Positions 26,357-32,000 of a stretch of 32,000 nucleotides of DNA are shown here, piece by piece (the first letter of the stretch is position 1; every line of letters starts with the position of its first letter). The stretch is from Haloquadratum walsbyi C23 (lineage in GTDB: Archaea; Halobacteriota; Halobacteria; Halobacteriales; Haloferacaceae). Position numbers and translations under genes: made by a program. Below the pieces are notes generated by a model, which searched no databases, had not been told where the DNA came from, and saw only the letters and a list, made by a program, of their open reading frames with translations. The stretch covers positions 2,280,001 through 2,312,000 of the forward strand of contig NC_017459.1 of the NCBI RefSeq assembly GCF_000237865.1, given 5' to 3'.

Positions 26357-27004
26357 TTATTCACTTGGTGCGACAAAAACATTATATTTCAAATCGTCCT
26401 CGTGCAGCTCCTCAAGAATTCGATCCTTGAGTACAGAAGACGGATGATGAAGCCCTGCTACCCGTTCTTCTATTTCATCGAAGCTTTCAAACGGTCCACG
26501 CTTTCGCTGATCAAGGATATTGTTTCGAAGTTTCTTGCCAATCCCTGGAAGTAGGTTCAATTGATGAAGTCGAAGCGTGATTGGTTGAGCATCGTTATAG
26601 AAGTCGACAAATCGACGTTCGTTTGTTTTGATAATGTCCTCAACCGCGTACTCAACCTCGTTCTGTGCGGTGTTGGATAGGTCTGCATAGCTTATTTGTC
26701 GAAACTCATCGACCAACTCACGGGCTTCAGTCGGACCAACAACAACACGATCACCAATTGAGATATCGATATCTGCGTCTGCATCAAGCGTCAACTCATA
26801 TAACCGGAAATCGCGTTCTCCAAGGCCATATGCCAGTGGGTCACGCTGATGTCGCGGACGATTATTGTCAGCGCGCCCATGTGGCAGATGATCAAGAATA
26901 ACCGCATGCCGGATATCTGTCTCAGCGTCCGCACTCGTATTACGACCGTCACTTTGATCCGACTTATCGACGGAATTAGCGTCGGCGTCCTGGCTCTCGG
27001 TCAT
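26357..27004 (-). CDS. DUF655 / COG1491 family protein (predicted nucleic-acid binding, HhH)
   Basis: The track ORF runs to 27082. Start placed at ATG 27004 (MTESQDAD). Conserved core FVDFYNDAQPITLRLHQLNLLPGIGKKLRNNILDQRKRGPFESFDEI. Confidence 0.75.
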   Translation of the reverse strand: MTESQDADANSVDKSDQSDGRNTSADAETDIRHAVILDHLPHGRADNNRPRHQRDPLAYGLGERDFRLYELTLDADADIDISIGDRVVVGPTEARELVDEFRQISYADLSNTAQNEVEYAVEDIIKTNERRFVDFYNDAQPITLRLHQLNLLPGIGKKLRNNILDQRKRGPFESFDEIEERVAGLHHPSSVLKDRILEELHEDDLKYNVFVAPSE

Positions 27005-27115
27005 GATTATAACAATATGTACGCCGAGTGTACACTTAAATAATGAGGCAGGAAGCAGATTGGATGCACCAACATCATCCACTCAGTATCGTAATATGTC
27101 GTTATGCTGATTATT

Positions 27116-27472
27116 TTAGGCGTACTTCTTGACAGTGTTGAGGATTGCATCTAGTTCGTCGCCATTAAGCGCATATCGTTCTTGAGCAAAGACGGCGCGA
27201 AGTTCATCGCGATCCTGTGGAAGGAGATCAGCAATTTTGATTGCTGTCGGTTCATCGACTTTCTCCTCAGTGAGTAGTTCATCAACAAGTTCGCGTGAAT
27301 CTGACGGATCAAGATCAGCAAATCTATTTACATGTTCGATGGCACGCGCGAGTTCATATCGAAGGTCACGGTCAGCCTCAGCAGCACGTTCGGCCTCAAT
27401 ATTTTGAAGTAATAGTTTGACTTCTGAAACGGTCTGATAGTCATCATCGAGTTTTTCTTTAAAAATTGTCAT
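27116..27472 (-). CDS. rpoF: DNA-directed RNA polymerase subunit F (Rpo4)
   Basis: 118 aa, helical and acidic, with the length and position (between rpl21e and DUF655) typical of archaeal RpoF. Confidence 0.78.
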   Translation of the reverse strand: MTIFKEKLDDDYQTVSEVKLLLQNIEAERAAEADRDLRYELARAIEHVNRFADLDPSDSRELVDELLTEEKVDEPTAIKIADLLPQDRDELRAVFAQERYALNGDELDAILNTVKKYA

Positions 27473-27584
27473 GTGTATTGAGGGTAGCTGTGATATTGAT
27501 GGCAGCGAAGGCTATGGTATGATCAGGATTTATGAGATCAGTGTGAGAGCGGAGTGAACATTCGTATCGTCGCACGCTCATGTC

Positions 27585-27875
27585 TTATTCTTGAGCGCGG
27601 AGATGTGCTGGGCGCGCGATGAGCGTTTTTTCTTTTCCACCGTCAATAATCTTAACTTTGAATGCTCGTCCTTGTTTTCCAGTTACCTCTCCAGTATGAC
27701 CGTTAAACCGGGGATGGAATCGACCTTCACGAACGCTTGGGTCAATTCGAAGGTGGACTTTTTGTCCTTCATCATATTCTTGAATCGCTCGCTGAGGTGG
27801 TGACATCCCTCGTTCGCGCGGGGAGTTCGAAAGTTTATCGCGAGTTCCAGTCATTGGACCGTTCGAACTTGGCAT
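27585..27875 (-). CDS. rpl21e: 50S ribosomal protein L21e
   Basis: Start at ATG 27875 ([15 protein letters not shown]), 96 aa. [21 protein letters not shown]. Confidence 0.9.
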   Translation of the reverse strand: MPSSNGPMTGTRDKLSNSPRERGMSPPQRAIQEYDEGQKVHLRIDPSVREGRFHPRFNGHTGEVTGKQGRAFKVKIIDGGKEKTLIARPAHLRAQE

Positions 27876-27997
27876 TATTGTTGGTTCTATCCTCGACAAA
27901 TGTATAAAACGCACGTTCCGTGGCTAATCTAATAGCATGTTGAATGTGGGGAAACCGCAAGCAAAAATTAAGCCATCCGCTGTAATATAACGTAACC

Positions 27998-28273
27998 ATG
28001 GCGCAAGATTACGCAGGCGGGACCGAGCAACTTCCTGGCGAGACCGTTGTACATACTGAAGATACCGGAGAAGCAATGCACGATGATTCAAGTTCAAAAG
28101 TTGAAACATTTGGACTCGGCGTCTCAGCAGCACTCCTAATTGGCGCAGTCGGTGGAGTCATTGGAATGTGGGCGTTCCCAGTCGACGGAGCTGTGCCGTT
28201 ATTCGTCGGACTCGGAGTCGGGTTTATTCTATCACCAGTCGTTGGCTTGGGGATGTTGTGGCGTCAAGGCTAA
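27998..28273 (+). CDS. hypothetical small membrane protein (acidic N-terminus plus 2 TM)
   Basis: 91 aa, ATG start. Gly/Val-rich TM pair. No family recognised. Confidence 0.42.
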   Translation: MAQDYAGGTEQLPGETVVHTEDTGEAMHDDSSSKVETFGLGVSAALLIGAVGGVIGMWAFPVDGAVPLFVGLGVGFILSPVVGLGMLWRQG

Positions 28274-28340
28274 TAGATCAAACCTGGCTCTGAGCACATT
28301 AAATATGAATTCCTATACACACATTCGATTCAGTGCGCAT

Positions 28341-28379
28341 GAGAAGTGAAAACAAGAAAGAAGAAAGATGAAAAAGGAG
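28341..28379 (-). terminator. pyrimidine/T-rich tract downstream of aEF-1beta (terminator candidate)
   Basis: The minus strand reads CTCCTTTTTCATCTTTCTTCTTTCTTGTTTTCACTTCTC, 75-110 nt past the ef1b stop. Confidence 0.3.
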
Positions 28380-28453
28380 CGAACGTGAAACTGGTGAGTG
28401 GCTAATTGCGTAGAGTTCAGTGTCCACTACAGTGCTGCGCGCACATCATTGCA

Positions 28454-28720
28454 TCAGATGCGACCGACATTCTCAACGGCAACGCTTTCGACACCAGTGA
28501 CGTCGCCGAATGACTCCTCAACAGCCTCGGTCCCACCGGCGTCATCCGGGACAATGACTGTCGGAAGAAGTGCAACGAGCCCAAACGCTACGTCATCTCG
28601 TTCAAACCCATTTATTTTCGCGCCTTCTGGTAGCGATTGTTCAAGTCGTTCTTGGAGTTCATCAAGATCAATATCAGGGCTGTCTGGCATGACCTTGATC
28701 TTTGCAGCTACCTTTCCCAT
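28454..28720 (-). CDS. ef1b: translation elongation factor aEF-1 beta
   Basis: Start at ATG 28720 ([22 protein letters not shown]), 88 aa, a typical aEF-1beta sequence. Confidence 0.85.
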
Positions 28721-28722
28721 TG

Positions 28723-28902
28723 CTAGGGTCCTCTGAATCCACAATCAGGACATTCATACAGATTGCTTTGCTTTCGACACTTCGAGCATCGTGAAATATC
28801 ACACCCACACTCTGGGCAATCGAACGTAGCAGCACTCATCCCAGAAATGTTGATACCGCAGGACACACACTGTCTGGCGTGTCGCTGGTCGGACTGACTC
28901 AT
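28723..28902 (-). CDS. small zinc-ribbon protein (COG2888-type, usually paired with aEF-1beta)
   Basis: Not in the ORF track (59 aa). Hand translation gives [59 protein letters not shown], with four CxxC pairs. Its stop is 2 nt before the ef1b ATG. Confidence 0.75.
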
Positions 28903-29084
28903 ATACTCCTATAGACCAGCCAGTGAGGTTTAACCGTTTCTTTTCATCACTCCTGAAACACTCACAGCTCGCAGTTCATAAAGCCAACAGCTGCACTTCG
29001 TGAGAAAGTAATGAGGAAATAGATGAGATATCATCGTTATCAAGGAATTCATCAAAACGACTGTTCGATATCAACAATGGATAA

Positions 29085-30446
29085 TCACATGAGTGCAACG
29101 GGCCCCAGCAAAACACCCATGAGATGGACACGACGGACGCCAATACGTGGTGGAATGAGCCCAATAAGCGTTGAGAGAGAAAACACAGCACCACCAAGAA
29201 GACCACCAAATCCGACTGCAAGCCCGGTAATAAATATCAATACACAGCCGACGAGCGGCTGACGTGGTAGACGTCGAACAACGGTGAGATACCATTCACC
29301 AACAGTCACTAACAGCACGATACCGAGTGATGCGGCAAAGATAACAATCAACAGTAGTGTGAGAAGACCGGCTGGTGCCTCACCACTCACTTCTCCAAGT
29401 GTTGAAAGCGCCACCGTTACGCCACTACGTGGTGACCCCAACACAACTAATGATGCAACGGCGAAGACAGCTGTCGCGGTATCAGCCCCGCTTGTTGCAA
29501 CAACATATGGTCGATCTGTCTCATCTGCATCAGTCTCACCGCCTGCTCCCCCAAGTGCAAGTGTCGCTGCCACTCCGGCTGAAACCCCTGGAAGATACCC
29601 AACAAGTGCTCCACCTCCAGCACCAGCAAGTGCTGCTCGCACTGTTTTTTTCCCTGAAAGTCCGACAGCACTTCGTTGTTGTGGGGGGATTTCTCCATCG
29701 CTCCCAAGTGCATCTAATAGTACTGGCGTGCCAAACAATCCTGCAAAGATTGGTCCAAGCATTGACTCAGCTCCAGGTGGGGCAATTGGTCCTGCAGCAG
29801 GCAAATCAAGCGTGAGAATGCCGAATCCCGTTGCAAGAACAGCACAACAAAGACCACCAATACGAGCTTTCCATGTCGATTCAGTCCCAGCAAGCGCAAG
29901 CGCAACGCCAATCAAGAGCGCCGGAAGAACCGATCGCAGATGCTGCTCTCCAGCGGAGATTATCCATGACAGTGGAAGTGCAAGGGTTACTGCAACAATC
30001 AAAGCAATTGCACTTCCAAGCGCTGATAATCGAATTGCTTCATGCCCACAGCCATTGAGTACAAGCCGATGTCCAGGGAGAACACCGGGTGCAGTCGCCG
30101 CCTCAGGGACACCAAGAACAAGCCCGGGGACAACAGAAAGAAATGTATGTACAATACCGCCTGCAAGAACAGCTGCACCGACAGCGACGGGTGAGCCTGG
30201 AAGTGTTGGCGCAATCCCAACAAGTAAAAATGCAACGCTGTTAACATGGAATCCTGGAACAAGCCCTGTACAAGTGCCAAGTGTTGCACCAAGACATGCA
30301 TATCCAAGAATCGCCGCTGCTGCGGTGATGTGAGACCCCTCAATTGCCAGTGGCAGAAATATTGGTAACGTCGCTGTCGAGGCTGAGGTTGAGGCTGATA
30401 TTGATATTGATATTAATGATGATTCTACAGCGGGTATAACTGTCAC
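29085..30446 (-). CDS. TctA-like (DUF112 / COG1784) integral membrane protein
   Basis: 453 aa, very hydrophobic, higher GC. Repeated half-motifs GLVPGFHVNSVA and GYLPGVSAGVAA. GTG start is uncertain. Confidence 0.62.
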   Translation of the reverse strand: MTVIPAVESSLISISISASTSASTATLPIFLPLAIEGSHITAAAAILGYACLGATLGTCTGLVPGFHVNSVAFLLVGIAPTLPGSPVAVGAAVLAGGIVHTFLSVVPGLVLGVPEAATAPGVLPGHRLVLNGCGHEAIRLSALGSAIALIVAVTLALPLSWIISAGEQHLRSVLPALLIGVALALAGTESTWKARIGGLCCAVLATGFGILTLDLPAAGPIAPPGAESMLGPIFAGLFGTPVLLDALGSDGEIPPQQRSAVGLSGKKTVRAALAGAGGGALVGYLPGVSAGVAATLALGGAGGETDADETDRPYVVATSGADTATAVFAVASLVVLGSPRSGVTVALSTLGEVSGEAPAGLLTLLLIVIFAASLGIVLLVTVGEWYLTVVRRLPRQPLVGCVLIFITGLAVGFGGLLGGAVFSLSTLIGLIPPRIGVRRVHLMGVLLGPVALM

Positions 30447-30672
30447 AGTAATGAGGATTGCTGACGGATTACTACATCAACCTATTCTATCCACTCATTA
30501 GGATATGTCAGGATCTAACGGTCTGTGATATTATTAAAATAAGCGTGGGTGTAGATATCGACTGCACATCATCAAGCCCCGAGATACCTGTTGTATATAC
30601 TGCACATGCCATCACGGCGATTGACAGCGGTTAGCTCGGTTTACAACCAGAAATGACTGTTACCAGGTTTTA

Positions 30673-31017
30673 TTAGCCGAAGAGGTTACCAAGCCCTTCG
30701 CCAGAGGCTTCATCATCTTCATCATCTGCTTCATCGGCTTCTTCTTCCTCTGTCTCGTCTGGTTCTTCCTCGTCGGTATCAGCTTCATCCTCAACTTCAG
30801 CTTCACTTGCAGCACCAGCACCTGCTGCAGGAGCGGGGGCTGCGGCAGCCGTGTCAATGGCTTCCTCAATGTCGACATCTTCAAGTGCGGCGACAAGCGC
30901 TTTGACGCGGGAGTCCTCAACATCGACTCCAGCTGCTTCAAGCACTTCTGTGACGGCATCTTCGGTAATCGATTCGCCTGATTCATTCAGTGTAAGAGCT
31001 GCGTAAATGTATTCCAT
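30673..31017 (-). CDS. rpl12: 50S ribosomal stalk protein L12 (P1)
   Basis: 114 aa. [14 protein letters not shown], Ala-rich hinge, acidic tail ending in GLGNLFG. Confidence 0.92.
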   Translation of the reverse strand: MEYIYAALTLNESGESITEDAVTEVLEAAGVDVEDSRVKALVAALEDVDIEEAIDTAAAAPAPAAGAGAASEAEVEDEADTDEEEPDETEEEEADEADDEDDEASGEGLGNLFG

Positions 31018-31128
31018 TTTCGTATTCCTCGTTTTGTGATATTCGTGATTTTATTTTATCTTCTGTGTGATGTCTGTGTGCCGGCACGACGTGTGATGAG
31101 ATAAGTGGCTGTTTGTCTATCTGTGGAT

Positions 31129-32000
31129 TCAGCCGAACATCGCACCAAGACCTTCAGCACCGTCATCGTCATCGTCATCATCGTCGTCAGTATCAGCCGC
31201 CTCATCATCACCATCTGCAGACTCATCACTATCAGCATCAGAGCCCGCATTCGTTTCTTGATCTACATCTTGATCAGTCGTTGATGATGCATCCGGCTGA
31301 ACAGGCGTTTCAATATCCTGTAGCTCCTCTGGGAGCGCATCCTCATCATCGATATTCGCTGCGATTGACTGCACTTGTGCGTCTGCCTTTGCAATGAGAT
31401 CCGGTAATACTGCTGGATCCTCAATACTAGCAGATACACCGAGTGCTTTTGCATCGCTTACGGCGTTTGCGAGCAATGTCGGTGTTGTTTGTGCGGTCGG
31501 ATAACTCGCATTGACCGAAAGATTGCGTGCTCCTGCAGCAGCCGATTGAATGTCGCTTTGATATGCGTCAATGTCTAATTCAAGCTCATCCGGCTCGAAA
31601 AGAACATCATCAGCAAAGACACCGCGAAGATCAAGACCGACCTCTTTTGGTTCGATTCCAAGTTCAGCAAGAACACCTGAAAGCTCACTGGAGACTTCTT
31701 CTCCGGAATCAAGCACCTGTGATTCCTCAGTGACCTTGATTGACCCATCCATAATCCGTGCAGATGCGCCAACTTGCTGAAGTTCCCCAACAAATGGTCC
31801 AGGGTCAACACCTGTATCGCCTTCAGGAATAACGATATCATTTGGTGCGACCTCACCAGCACTGATTGGTGCTGGTGTCTTTGATGCCTCAAGTTGCTTG
31901 TACAATCCAAATGGATTGTCATTCGTGCCGACAAGCGCAACTTGTCCAGCAACGAACGTAGTAAGTTCCTCACAGCCATCAGCAACCTCTTCGAGCGCAC
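31129..32000 (-). CDS. rpl10: 50S ribosomal stalk protein L10 (P0), 5' end outside the window
   Basis: The reading frame stays open to the window edge (..[39 protein letters not shown]..). The track start at 31905 is an internal TTG. The acidic tail has nine consecutive Asp codons (31162-31188) and ends in GLGAMFG. Confidence 0.9.
   Translation of the reverse strand, partial: ALEEVADGCEELTTFVAGQVALVGTNDNPFGLYKQLEASKTPAPISAGEVAPNDIVIPEGDTGVDPGPFVGELQQVGASARIMDGSIKVTEESQVLDSGEEVSSELSGVLAELGIEPKEVGLDLRGVFADDVLFEPDELELDIDAYQSDIQSAAAGARNLSVNASYPTAQTTPTLLANAVSDAKALGVSASIEDPAVLPDLIAKADAQVQSIAANIDDEDALPEELQDIETPVQPDASSTTDQDVDQETNAGSDADSDESADGDDEAADTDDDDDDDDDGAEGLGAMFG

Noticed and set aside
29284-30333. 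349-aa plus-strand ORF
   Set aside because: It is fully antisense to the TctA-like gene. The product is Ala/Pro/Ser/Thr/Arg-rich and basic, typical of a shadow frame in GC-rich coding DNA and unlike a halophilic protein.
1-32000. CRISPR arrays, rRNA genes, IS elements or transposases
   Set aside because: There are no regularly spaced 25-40 nt direct repeats, no rRNA-like sequence, and no transposase-like ORF or terminal inverted repeats. The only repeats are short microsatellites and coding low-complexity repeats.

Overview
This window reads as a chromosomal segment of a haloarchaeon (class Halobacteria). The predicted proteins are strongly acidic and the gene content is archaeal housekeeping: ribosomal proteins L7Ae/S28e/L24e, L37e, L21e, L12 and L10, plus RpoF, aEF-1beta, Lsm, RNase J, GluRS, KsgA, a HemK-like methylase, split MetE, PurF, Ndk, HMG-CoA synthase, IdsA, AlaX and MBF1. 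G+C looks unusually low for a haloarchaeon (high 40s percent by hand-counted samples) and the spacers are AT-rich. That resembles Haloquadratum-type genomes, but this is inference only. About 82-85 percent of the window is coding. Several gene pairs overlap by ATGA or TAATG, which suggests translational coupling. Two conserved genes shorter than 60 codons are missing from the supplied ORF track and were recovered by hand translation: rpl37e, and a zinc-ribbon gene upstream of aEF-1beta. The only clearly accessory segment is a higher-GC insert of about 2.6 kb (7.15-9.79 kb) next to tRNA-Leu(GAG). It carries an unusually short tyrosine integrase and three small acidic ORFs of unknown function. 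Other points worth a second look: (1) the widely conserved archaeal L21e-RpoF-DUF655-KsgA neighbourhood appears split by an inversion of about 15.6 kb (10.6-26.3 kb); (2) PurF has a 150-codon low-complexity extension ahead of its obligatory N-terminal nucleophile Cys; (3) several GC-rich, hairpin-forming patches and hexanucleotide repeats sit inside otherwise AT-rich spacers and could be sRNAs or 3' UTR elements. I found no CRISPR array, rRNA or IS element. I cannot point to an obvious multi-gene defence or novel system beyond the small island cassette.
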